Of a stretch of 64,000 nucleotides of DNA, positions 29,729-39,078 are shown piece by piece. The notes below the pieces were generated by a model. That model worked only from the letters and a program-made list of their open reading frames with translations, had not been told where the DNA came from and did not search any database. Within the stretch, counting starts at the first letter, position 1, and each line of letters opens with the position of its first letter. The stretch lies in assembly GCA_977020255.1 (NCBI GenBank), contig CDROCS010006802.1, positions 1 through 64,000 of the forward strand. Direction: 5' to 3'. Source of the DNA: Obrimoposthia wandeli. Lineage: Eukaryota. The translations under genes were made by a program, and so were the position numbers.

Positions 29729-32407
29729 TTAGCCCGTATTACGCATACCTGCCGCAATGCCCGCCATTGAAACCATCAGTGCACGCTCAACTTCTGGATC
29801 GTGCTGCTCTGTACGCGCACGTTGTAAAAGCTCTGCCTGTAAATAATGCAATGGATCAGTATAAGTTCCTCTCACCTGCATAATCTGTGATTGAGCCTGA
29901 TCATCATTCTCTGGTTTAATGACTCTGAGAGAGTCATTAATCGTTGATAACCGTTGGCGTAACTCAGACCCAATACCCAGCAGATCATCACTCACTAATT
30001 GCTGGTCATAATAACTGGCAATATCAACATCCGTCTTACCGACGATCATATCCAACATATCAATATAGGTCGCAAAGAATGGCCACTGCTGATACATCTC
30101 TTGCAGCAATAACTTATTTTTTTCATCACTCTGACTGACGTCAGCTAACGCTTGATCGGCCCCTAACCAGGCAGGCACCATCATACGAATTTGCATCCAA
30201 GCAAAAATCCACGGAATGGCTCGTAATGATTCAATACCACCACTGGCTTTTCTGCGCGCAGGTCGGCTACCTAACGCAAGTTTTCCTAACTCTTGCTCAG
30301 GTGTTGCCGATCTAAAATAAGGCACAAAATCTTTATTTTCTCGCACCATGGCACGATAAGACTTCACACTTTGCTGGGCCATCGACTCCATTAACTTGCG
30401 CCATTCATCTTCAGCGGCTTTTGGCGGTAGCAATGTTGCTTCCAGTACCGCAGCCAAATAAATTTTTAAACTGCGCAGTGCAACAGCAGGAAAACCAAAT
30501 TTAAATCGAATCATCTCGCCTTGCTCTGTTACTCTCAAGCGGCCTTTAACCGACCCCGGAGGCTGAGCCAGAATTGCGCGCTGCGCAGGACCACCACCAC
30601 GACCCACCGTACCACCACGGCCGTGAAACAATGTGAGTTCAACACTATGACGTTGCGCACAATTAACGAGTTCTTCTTGGGTTTTATATTGCGCCCAAGC
30701 TGCCGCCATGTTGCCTGCATCTTTCGCTGAATCCGAATAGCCAATCATGACTTGCTGATGTGAGCCGCAATATTTTTTATACCAAGGTAAAGCGAATAAC
30801 TTATCCATTCGCTCAGCAGCAAATTGTAAGTCATCTAACGTTTCGAACAGCGGCACGATAGGTAAACGTCGCTCGACACCGGACGCTTTTAATAACAAGG
30901 CAACCGCTAAAATGTCGGAGGGTTCGCTGGCCATAGAAATAATATAATTGCCAACTCCTTCATCCCCTTGTGCAGCGATTACCTGCATCGTTTTTAGAAC
31001 TTCATTGCAATCATCACTGGGCTGCCAATATTCCTCTTCGCTTCCCTGCTCTTTAACCTTGGATAAACCACAGGCTTCTGCTTGTGCAGGTAATAGTGGG
31101 CGCTTACTCTGTAATTCTTTTAATAAGAATTCTTGTTTTTGCGTTTCATTCCAGCTGAGATAATCACCTAATTGATAAAACTCACATAGCTCAGCAATAA
31201 CCTGACTATGACGATCAGATTCTTGACGAATATCCAATCGTGTTAGCGTTAAGCCAAAACAAGAAAGGCGACGAATAACATCTAATAATTCACCTTTGGC
31301 GATGCCTTCCATACCTGTTTCGCAGAGCGATTTATAACACAGTAATAACGGCTCAAATAATGTTTCTAGCTCAGTGATATGGGGTAAACTGCTGCTCTCT
31401 TTCAAACGCGCACTTTCTGCCGCCCACGTTTTCGTTTGCTGCAATTTTCGCTTCAGCTGATTTAAACATTCCCGATAAGGCTCGTTACACTCTCCAACCC
31501 AAGCTTTCAATTCATCGGTTGCTTGTACCATCGATAGCTGAGTACTTAAGCTTGCCAAGTCTCGTAAATAAAGATCTGCCGCCATCCAACGCGCTAAATA
31601 CAACACTTCTCCCGTCACATTGGCGGTAACATTTGGATTTCCATCTCTATCGCCACCCATCCAAGAAGCAAAGTGGATTGGACAGATATCCAACGGTAGT
31701 GATTTTTCACCCTGAAGCTGCAACTTTTCATCCAGCTCACGCATCAAGTTCGGAAGAGCTTGCCATAGCGAGTGTTCAATAACGGCAAAACCCCACTTTG
31801 CTTCTTCAACGGCACTGGGTCTTTGTTGACGAATTTCGTCAGAGCGCCAAATTTCAGTAATTAAATTATCCAGCTGCTGGTTATAATCATTACGTTTAGG
31901 ATGATCATCTCGCACATCATCAAGAACTTGTAATATTTCTACGATTTCATCGTATTTTTTAATTAAAGTACGGCGAATAATTTCAGTTGGATGAGCGGTT
32001 AATACCAACTCAATATCCAACTTACACAGCTCTTTATTAAGATTTGCACCTTTTACCTGATTAATAACGGCTGCAAATACATCTTCTAGTATCACTTCCA
32101 TTTTATCGTCATCGGCATCTTGGCGACGCCAGCTTAGGGTATGCTGCTGCTCGGCAATGTTGGCGAGGTTTAAAAACTGACTAAAACCACGTGCAACGGG
32201 AACCAATTCATTATCTTTTAGGCCTTTTAATAAAGCGATCAGTTCAGCTTTATCTTCTGGACTGCCGTTATGAGCTCGTTTCGATAAATTACGAATGTTT
32301 TCAATTAATTCAAAAATATCATTGCCGCAATCATCGGCAATCGTCTGCCCCAACAACTGCCCTAAGTTACGTACCTTGTCTCGTAATAATGGATCCAAAT
32401 CTGACAT
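29729..32407 (-). CDS. ppc: Phosphoenolpyruvate carboxylase
   Basis: VLTAHPTE, SWMGGDRDGNP, VMIGYSDSAKD, FHGRGGTVGRGG, SLRAIPWIF, GMRNTG. Confidence 0.98.
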   Translation of the reverse strand: MSDLDPLLRDKVRNLGQLLGQTIADDCGNDIFELIENIRNLSKRAHNGSPEDKAELIALLKGLKDNELVPVARGFSQFLNLANIAEQQHTLSWRRQDADDDKMEVILEDVFAAVINQVKGANLNKELCKLDIELVLTAHPTEIIRRTLIKKYDEIVEILQVLDDVRDDHPKRNDYNQQLDNLITEIWRSDEIRQQRPSAVEEAKWGFAVIEHSLWQALPNLMRELDEKLQLQGEKSLPLDICPIHFASWMGGDRDGNPNVTANVTGEVLYLARWMAADLYLRDLASLSTQLSMVQATDELKAWVGECNEPYRECLNQLKRKLQQTKTWAAESARLKESSSLPHITELETLFEPLLLCYKSLCETGMEGIAKGELLDVIRRLSCFGLTLTRLDIRQESDRHSQVIAELCEFYQLGDYLSWNETQKQEFLLKELQSKRPLLPAQAEACGLSKVKEQGSEEEYWQPSDDCNEVLKTMQVIAAQGDEGVGNYIISMASEPSDILAVALLLKASGVERRLPIVPLFETLDDLQFAAERMDKLFALPWYKKYCGSHQQVMIGYSDSAKDAGNMAAAWAQYKTQEELVNCAQRHSVELTLFHGRGGTVGRGGGPAQRAILAQPPGSVKGRLRVTEQGEMIRFKFGFPAVALRSLKIYLAAVLEATLLPPKAAEDEWRKLMESMAQQSVKSYRAMVRENKDFVPYFRSATPEQELGKLALGSRPARRKASGGIESLRAIPWIFAWMQIRMMVPAWLGADQALADVSQSDEKNKLLLQEMYQQWPFFATYIDMLDMIVGKTDVDIASYYDQQLVSDDLLGIGSELRQRLSTINDSLRVIKPENDDQAQSQIMQVRGTYTDPLHYLQAELLQRARTEQHDPEVERALMVSMAGIAAGMRNTG

Positions 32408-32571
32408 TCCAATGCCCTCTTAATTAATTAAACTGATAGCGAAGCTAATGGTAAAACGGGTAAGCAAACTAATAGTTAAGCATAAAACAAATCCAATGAT
32501 TCCACTGCGTTTACCCGTGATTGACCACTTTAAAAACAACACCCTCTTTTATAAACCAACAGGTATATAGC

Positions 32572-32681
32572 TGTAACTATTCAGCAGGTTTTATAAATCG
32601 ATCCATGATTGGGTATTTATTCCACAAACACCCAATAATGCATCTTTTTCTATCTGAATCTGAGAGACCTGAATAGTTACA
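32572..32681. mobile_element. 110-bp MITE-like element with 13-bp TIRs and a 6-bp target-site duplication
   Basis: TATAGC[TGTAACTATTCAG...84 nt...CTGAATAGTTACA]TATAGC; no ORF inside. Confidence 0.65.
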
Positions 32682-32810
32682 TATAGCTTTAACTTATACC
32701 CTTCATCAGCTTATACAAGAGTTTAGTAACACTTTGTTATCGCTAAACATAAACTCAGTATTAACGTCTAAACTGGGTGTATCACGGTATAAAGAACAAA
32801 AAGGCTTATT

Positions 32811-33155
32811 ATGAAATTGAATGCGTTAATGAAACATTGGGAAAAGGAATTTGCAGGTCAATTGAGCGAAGAAGGTTATCAAATAAAGTTGTCAGTTGAA
32901 GATGCCGCACGCTTAGAGGCGTTGTGCGAAATGTTTCCCAAATACCCACGCGAAAATTTGTTACGTGATTTAATCAGCAGCGCACTCACTGATGTAACCA
33001 GTAGCTTCCCTTATATTGCAGGTAAAGAGATTGCTGCTTGCGATGAAGAAGGCGATCCTATGTACGCCGATATCGGTCCGACGCCTAAGTTTTTAGACTT
33101 AACTCGCAAACATTTAAAACAGATTCATGAAGCCAAAAAGACTTCGGCACATTAA
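32811..33155 (+). CDS. Conserved hypothetical protein (homologues lie between ppc and mazG in pseudomonads)
   Basis: AARLEALCEMFP and DEEGDPMYADIGPTPKF motifs recalled from this family; syntenic position. Confidence 0.75.
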   Translation: MKLNALMKHWEKEFAGQLSEEGYQIKLSVEDAARLEALCEMFPKYPRENLLRDLISSALTDVTSSFPYIAGKEIAACDEEGDPMYADIGPTPKFLDLTRKHLKQIHEAKKTSAH

Positions 33156-33196
33156 TTTCAGTTCATTACTATCGACGCATTAAACAACGATGCGAC

Positions 33197-34126
33197 TTAA
33201 ACATCATTCGCCGCCGCGAGTTTAGCCAGCAACTGTGGATGAAGCGCTTTAGCTTCACACCAAGCCTGCTCCATTTCATCACTGCTTATTTGATTACTAT
33301 TACCCAGTTCCAAGCTACGATTCTTAGCCGCTAAGCTCTCAGCAACTAGGCTATAACGTTCGCTAAAACGACGATTTGCTTGCCCTAATGCTTGCTCAGG
33401 GTTAATGCCTAAATGGCGGGCGACATTAACCGAAGCAAATAATAAATCCCCGACTTCATGTCGTAAACGCTGCTCATCCGCTTGCTCGATTTCTTCTTCA
33501 ACTTCCTGCAGTTCTTCGCGAACTTTATCTAATACCCCTTGTATTTCACTCCAATCAAAGCCACGCCTCGATACCGCTTTTTGAATTTTGTCGGCGCGAG
33601 TGAGTTCGGGTAATGACGAGGGAATATCCGTTAAATAATCCACCAGCGGCAGTGTTTTAGAATGTTTAATACGCGTTTGCGACTCAGTGCTCACCGCGAC
33701 TTTTAGGGCTTTTTCTTGCTGCTTGATAATTTGCCACTGTGCTTTAATTTCAGCATCACTCGGGCAGCTATCAGGATCTCGCTTGGCCTGTAAATCCCCC
33801 GCAGGAAAAACATGCGGATGACGACGAATAAGCTTTGTCACTAATACATCGATCACAGAAGAAAAATCAAACAAGGCTTGTTCATCACCGAGCTGGCTAT
33901 AAAAAATCACTTGAAATAATAAGTCTCCAAGCTCTTCTTCTACATGAGGCCAGTCCTTAGATGCTATCGCTTCAGCGACCTCATGAGCCTCCTCAAGCGT
34001 ATGAGGAATAATAGAGCTGAAGGTTTGTTTAATATCCCAAGGACAACCACTTTCAGGATCACGCAAGCGCTGCATCAAATAGACGAGATCACTGAGCCCG
34101 TAAGTTTTATCCATAACATTATCCAC
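33197..34126 (-). CDS. mazG: Nucleoside triphosphate pyrophosphohydrolase MazG
   Basis: LRDPESGCPWD, EELGDLLFQ, KLIRRHPHVF, EVGDLLF. Confidence 0.96.
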   Translation of the reverse strand: MDNVMDKTYGLSDLVYLMQRLRDPESGCPWDIKQTFSSIIPHTLEEAHEVAEAIASKDWPHVEEELGDLLFQVIFYSQLGDEQALFDFSSVIDVLVTKLIRRHPHVFPAGDLQAKRDPDSCPSDAEIKAQWQIIKQQEKALKVAVSTESQTRIKHSKTLPLVDYLTDIPSSLPELTRADKIQKAVSRRGFDWSEIQGVLDKVREELQEVEEEIEQADEQRLRHEVGDLLFASVNVARHLGINPEQALGQANRRFSERYSLVAESLAAKNRSLELGNSNQISSDEMEQAWCEAKALHPQLLAKLAAANDV

Positions 34127-34131
34127 TACGG

Positions 34132-36366
34132 CTATCCATGATTACGAGAACGACGCACGGTGACGACATTGGGCAGCTGATTTAGCTTATTTAATACGCG
34201 GCCTAACTTCGACAAGCTATCAATTTCTACCGTAATTTGCATATGGGCAAAATGATCTTTTTGCTCAGACTTGGTATTCACCGCCACCACATTCACGCCG
34301 CTATCGGCCAGCACAACACTGACGTCACGTAATAAACCTGTTCTATCGTAGGCACTAATATCAATATCAACCGGATACATCTGGTTGGCTTTACCACCCC
34401 AGCTCACAGCAATAATGCGTTGGGCTTCGGTCATTTCAAGGTGCATCAAGTTTTCACAATCTTGGCGATGCACACTCACGCCACGCCCGAGCGTAACATA
34501 GCCAGAGATATCATCCCCAGGAACAGGCTGACAACACTGTGCGATTTGCGTTAATAAATGCCCCACACCTTGAATGGTGATGTCATCATTTTTACTGCTT
34601 TTCTTAGAGGGCTTTAATAACGGTAACTCTTGCTGAGGCTGCTTAAACTCCGCTTGACGCACGATATGCCGAACAACTTGACCTAGGCGAACATCACCTG
34701 CACCAATGCCAGCAAATAAATCATCCGTACTTTTCATATTCATGGCTTTGGCAACATCTGCCAAAGGCTGGCGCACGAGATCTAAGCGATCTAGTTCACG
34801 CATTAATAACTGGCGACCTTCTTCTTGATTGGTATCTTTTGCTTGTAACTTGAACCAGTGCGCAACCTTAGCCCGGGCGCGAGCGGTATTGATATAACCA
34901 GAGTCTTGGTTCAGCCAATCACGACTTGGGCGCGCTTCTTTGGCCGTCATTATTTCGACCTGCTCACCGGTCTTTAGTTGATACGTCAAAGGCACTATTC
35001 GGCCATTCACTTTTGCGCCCCGAGTACGATGACCAATCTCGGTATGCACGCGGTAAGCAAAATCTATCGACGTAGCACCAGGAGGAAGGTCAACAACATG
35101 ACCATCAGGGGTAAAGACATAAATACGATCAGGATTAATATCCGAACGTAAATCAGTCATTAATTCGGGCAAATCACCAATTTCTTCATGCCATTCAACC
35201 ACTTGACGTAGCCAAGCAATTTTTTGTTCGTAAGCCTGATCCTTTTCATTGGTATCAGTGCCTTTGTATTTCCAATGCGCGCATACCCCAAGCTCTGCAT
35301 CTTCATGCATTTCTTGGGTACGTATTTGCACTTCCATACCTTTGCCTTCAGGGCCAATAACGGCGGTATGTAAAGACTGATACCCATTTTCTTTTGGATT
35401 AGCAATGTAGTCATCAAACTCGTGAGGAATGTGCCGCCATAGCGAATGAATAATGCCCAATGATGCATAACAGTCACGCAAAGTGGGAACTAAAATGCGC
35501 ACTGCACGCACGTCATACACTTGTGAAAATTCAATATTTTTGCGTTTCATTTTACGCCAAATACTGTAAATATGCTTAGCGCGACCATTCACCTCGCAGT
35601 CAATTCCCGCACTTTCTAACTCATGGGTGATGGTATCGACGACATCAGCAATATAGTCCTGTCGCGCTAAACGTTTTTCATCTAATAACGAGGCAATTTT
35701 TTGATAGGCGAGTGGCTCTAAATAACGAAAGGCAACGTCTTCTAGTTCCCATTTTAAATGGCCAATACCAAGACGGTGTGCCAGTGGACCGTAAATATTA
35801 AAGACTTCGCGGGCGACTTTAATACGCTTACTTTCTGGGGCGTCTTTCACCGCACGAATAGCGGCGGTTCTTTCTGCCAGCTTGATCAAGGCAACACGCA
35901 CATCATCAATCACAGAAACCAGCATTTTGCGTAGGTTATCTACCTGAGCTTCACGCTGTCCTAAAACCGGTTCTTCTGAGGTATTTTGAATGGCATTGAT
36001 CGCTGCCATGCGCAAGACTCCCTCAATGAGGGTCGCGACTTCATCATCAAAATCTTTACGCACTTGGGCTACTGATAAGCGCCCTTCGCGTACGGCACGA
36101 TACAAAATAGCCGCTAAAATCGAGGCTTCATCGAGCTGTAATTCGGCTAAAATCTGGGCCATTTCAAGCCCCATCTGAGCGCTATCAATCGTCCAAAATG
36201 TGCTATTCTCGACAGCATCTTCGGCAATGATTTTAGCCACGACTAAGGCGTGACGGAGCTTTTCAGGCTCTAGAATATCGGCTTCCGTGCAAATTTTATC
36301 CAACCAAGCATCGACGTTTATTTTACCGTCGTGCTTTAGGGGCTGATCATCTCTTACTTTTACCAC
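34132..36366 (-). CDS. relA: (p)ppGpp synthetase RelA
   Basis: GRAKHIYSIWRKM, DYIANPKENGYQSLHT, TGS and ACT domains. Confidence 0.97.
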   Translation of the reverse strand: MVKVRDDQPLKHDGKINVDAWLDKICTEADILEPEKLRHALVVAKIIAEDAVENSTFWTIDSAQMGLEMAQILAELQLDEASILAAILYRAVREGRLSVAQVRKDFDDEVATLIEGVLRMAAINAIQNTSEEPVLGQREAQVDNLRKMLVSVIDDVRVALIKLAERTAAIRAVKDAPESKRIKVAREVFNIYGPLAHRLGIGHLKWELEDVAFRYLEPLAYQKIASLLDEKRLARQDYIADVVDTITHELESAGIDCEVNGRAKHIYSIWRKMKRKNIEFSQVYDVRAVRILVPTLRDCYASLGIIHSLWRHIPHEFDDYIANPKENGYQSLHTAVIGPEGKGMEVQIRTQEMHEDAELGVCAHWKYKGTDTNEKDQAYEQKIAWLRQVVEWHEEIGDLPELMTDLRSDINPDRIYVFTPDGHVVDLPPGATSIDFAYRVHTEIGHRTRGAKVNGRIVPLTYQLKTGEQVEIMTAKEARPSRDWLNQDSGYINTARARAKVAHWFKLQAKDTNQEEGRQLLMRELDRLDLVRQPLADVAKAMNMKSTDDLFAGIGAGDVRLGQVVRHIVRQAEFKQPQQELPLLKPSKKSSKNDDITIQGVGHLLTQIAQCCQPVPGDDISGYVTLGRGVSVHRQDCENLMHLEMTEAQRIIAVSWGGKANQMYPVDIDISAYDRTGLLRDVSVVLADSGVNVVAVNTKSEQKDHFAHMQITVEIDSLSKLGRVLNKLNQLPNVVTVRRSRNHG

Positions 36367-37813
36367 GAGATGCTCCTTTCTCTTTGGCTTTAGTCTGGGT
36401 TTTAGCTCGGGTTTTCAATTTATCGTCCATCATCTTTTTACGACCCTGACCGCTTTTATTCGCAGGCACCAATAACACCATAGTTTCGATATGATGAGTA
36501 TGAGGGAACATGTCTAGAACAGTAATGCGTTCGACCTCATAATCATCACTCAGGGTGTTCAAGTCTCGTGCCAATGTCGCGGGGGCACAGGAGACATAGA
36601 CCATACGTTTGGCTTTACGTTTAATCAACTCAGCCATGCAAGCACTCGCACCCGCACGCGGAGGATCTAACAAAACGTAGTCTGGGTTAGGCAAGTTACT
36701 TAAACTGTCGCTATTTGACAAGTCGGCCTTGTGCGCAATGAGACCACGATCACTCTTATTGGCTACGGCAGGAGCCTCTGTGCACAATTGCTGAGCATGC
36801 TGTTCAATGGCTCGCACCATTTCATCACTCACCTCGACTGCATCAACGATGGCATCTTGAGCTAACGGCACGGAAAAATTGCCATGACCAGCAAACAGAT
36901 CCCATACATGAGAGCCTGCTTCAGGGGCGAGCCAAGCTTTGGCTTCAGCCACCATCAATTGATTGATCGTATTATTTACTTGAACAAAATAATCAGGATG
37001 AATGGTTAGATCATGACCCAGTACATTGTGCGTTAACGGGCTGACAACCTCATTAACAACGTCTAATGGCTGCTCATCATCAGGGCGAATATAGATGTCG
37101 ATTTCTAATTCAGCAGCCCAACCTTGCAAGCGTTTACGGTCGTTCTCGGTGACTTTCTTTAATACTCTAAATACCAATACCAAGCGCTCACTGGCTTGTA
37201 ATACTTCGATATGAGTAAAGCGAGATACGCCTTCCAACTGAGCTAAACGCCCGCGCCAAGCTTGCCAATCTAGAGCGGCATGCTCAACCAGTACCGGACA
37301 AATATCAATATTGGTCAGGTGCTTGCTGTGACTTTCACGAAAGCCAATAATGACGTCTTGATTTGATTTGTTATAGCGAATGCCAAGACGCGCACGACGG
37401 CGATAATGCCATTGTTGGTCTTTAGCAATAAGGGGGGCATCCCAGTGTTCGATTTCAATCCCCTGACGGCTCAGTTCTCGAGCGACTCTTTGCTGCTTAA
37501 GAACGACTTGCTGATCGTAGGCTAGGTGTTGTAAATCACAACCACCACAGCGCTTATAATGCGGACAGAAAGGTTCAATACGATGTTCGCTGACTTGTTC
37601 GATGGAGACAAGACGGCAATACCAGATTTTTCGCTTACGCTCCAACATCTCAGCGACCACGGTTTCCCCTGGCAAAGCTCCAGGTATAAAATACACATCG
37701 CGCCCAGAGCGTGCGATGCCGTGTCCGTCCGATGCAAGGTCATGCACGGTTAGTGTCAGTGTTTTTTTCACGATGGCCTTCAAAATCAAGCGTTTGCGGT
37801 AAGATGGGGGCAA
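36347..37813 (-). CDS. rlmD: 23S rRNA m5U1939 methyltransferase RlmD
   Basis: TRAM domain, CPHYKRCGGC Fe-S motif, LDPPRAG, YVSCAPATLARD; basic C-terminal tail overlaps the relA start. Confidence 0.95.
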   Translation of the reverse strand: MPPSYRKRLILKAIVKKTLTLTVHDLASDGHGIARSGRDVYFIPGALPGETVVAEMLERKRKIWYCRLVSIEQVSEHRIEPFCPHYKRCGGCDLQHLAYDQQVVLKQQRVARELSRQGIEIEHWDAPLIAKDQQWHYRRRARLGIRYNKSNQDVIIGFRESHSKHLTNIDICPVLVEHAALDWQAWRGRLAQLEGVSRFTHIEVLQASERLVLVFRVLKKVTENDRKRLQGWAAELEIDIYIRPDDEQPLDVVNEVVSPLTHNVLGHDLTIHPDYFVQVNNTINQLMVAEAKAWLAPEAGSHVWDLFAGHGNFSVPLAQDAIVDAVEVSDEMVRAIEQHAQQLCTEAPAVANKSDRGLIAHKADLSNSDSLSNLPNPDYVLLDPPRAGASACMAELIKRKAKRMVYVSCAPATLARDLNTLSDDYEVERITVLDMFPHTHHIETMVLLVPANKSGQGRKKMMDDKLKTRAKTQTKAKEKGASRGKSKR

Positions 37814-37954
37814 TTATAATGAATTCAATTGCCCTTACATTTCTTAACACAGCTTATCAGTACTCACGTGAAAAAAACTCACTAAAAAAATAGCTCAGAA
37901 ATATCAATCAATATGCGATCAAAAAAACAGTTAAAGTGAACGGATAAAGAACCC

Positions 37955-38851
37955 CTAAGCAAAAACACCGGTGGATAAATAACGATCGCCGCGATCGCAA
38001 ATAATCGCCACAATCGTCGCATTCTCTACCTGCGCACTCAGTTGCAATGCCCCAGCGATAGAACCACCAGACGATACGCCACAAAAAATACCTTCTTGAG
38101 TCGCTAACGCTTTCATCGTTTGCTCAGCATCTTGCTGACTGATATCGATAACCAGATCAACACGACTGGCTTCAAAGATGCTAGGCATGTATTCCTTAGG
38201 CCAGCGACGAATACCCGGAATACTAGCGCCCTCCTGCGGTTGCAAGCCAACAATTTGAATCTCTTTATTTTGCTCCTTTAGAAATCGTGATGTACCCATA
38301 ATAGTCCCCGTCGTGCCCATGGCGCTGACAAAATGGGTTACCTGACCTTGAGTTTGCTGCCAAATTTCAGGCCCAGTCGTCTCGTAATGCGCTAAGGGAT
38401 TGTCATCGTTCGCAAATTGATTGAGTACCTTGCCTTTACCTTCCTGCTGCATCGACAGCGCTAAGTCGCGTGCCCCTTCCATACCTTGTTCTTTGGTCAC
38501 TAAGATCAACTCAGCCCCATAGGCCTGCATCGCCCAACGGCGCTCCATACTGAGATTATCTGGCATGATTAGAATCATGCGATAACCCTTGATAGCGGCA
38601 ACCATCGCGAGCGCAATACCGGTATTACCACTGGTTGCTTCGATGAGTGTATCGCCCGCCTGGATATGGCCTCTTTGTTCGGCTTTTACAATCATGCTCA
38701 ACGCGGCACGATCTTTTACTGAGCCCGCAGGGTTATTGCCTTCCAGCTTCAACAAAATTGTATTGCTACTGCCTTCGTTTAAACGCTGCAAGCGAACTAA
38801 AGGCGTCTGACCGATGCATGCATCAATCGTTGGGTATACAATGTGGGTCAC
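37955..38851 (-). CDS. cysM: Cysteine synthase B
   Basis: KLEGNNPAGSVKDR, EATSGNTG, GTTGT, CDRGDRYLSTGVF. Confidence 0.96.
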   Translation of the reverse strand: MTHIVYPTIDACIGQTPLVRLQRLNEGSSNTILLKLEGNNPAGSVKDRAALSMIVKAEQRGHIQAGDTLIEATSGNTGIALAMVAAIKGYRMILIMPDNLSMERRWAMQAYGAELILVTKEQGMEGARDLALSMQQEGKGKVLNQFANDDNPLAHYETTGPEIWQQTQGQVTHFVSAMGTTGTIMGTSRFLKEQNKEIQIVGLQPQEGASIPGIRRWPKEYMPSIFEASRVDLVIDISQQDAEQTMKALATQEGIFCGVSSGGSIAGALQLSAQVENATIVAIICDRGDRYLSTGVFA

Positions 38852-39078
38852 AAGTGCGTCCTATTGTTAACAAATAACGACAATATTAAATTACATATAA
38901 CTAAAGCTATGGATTCTAATCCTGATTCTATCTGAATTGTAATATCGATTCGAAATTTACTTATACTCAATCGTTTCACTAAGAGATCTGACTAAAGACG
39001 ATTCTAAGTCACTGCGCCAAGAGTTAGGATCTGTAAAATCGATCAAAATAAGAAGAACTGTTTTAAAATGGACAACGT

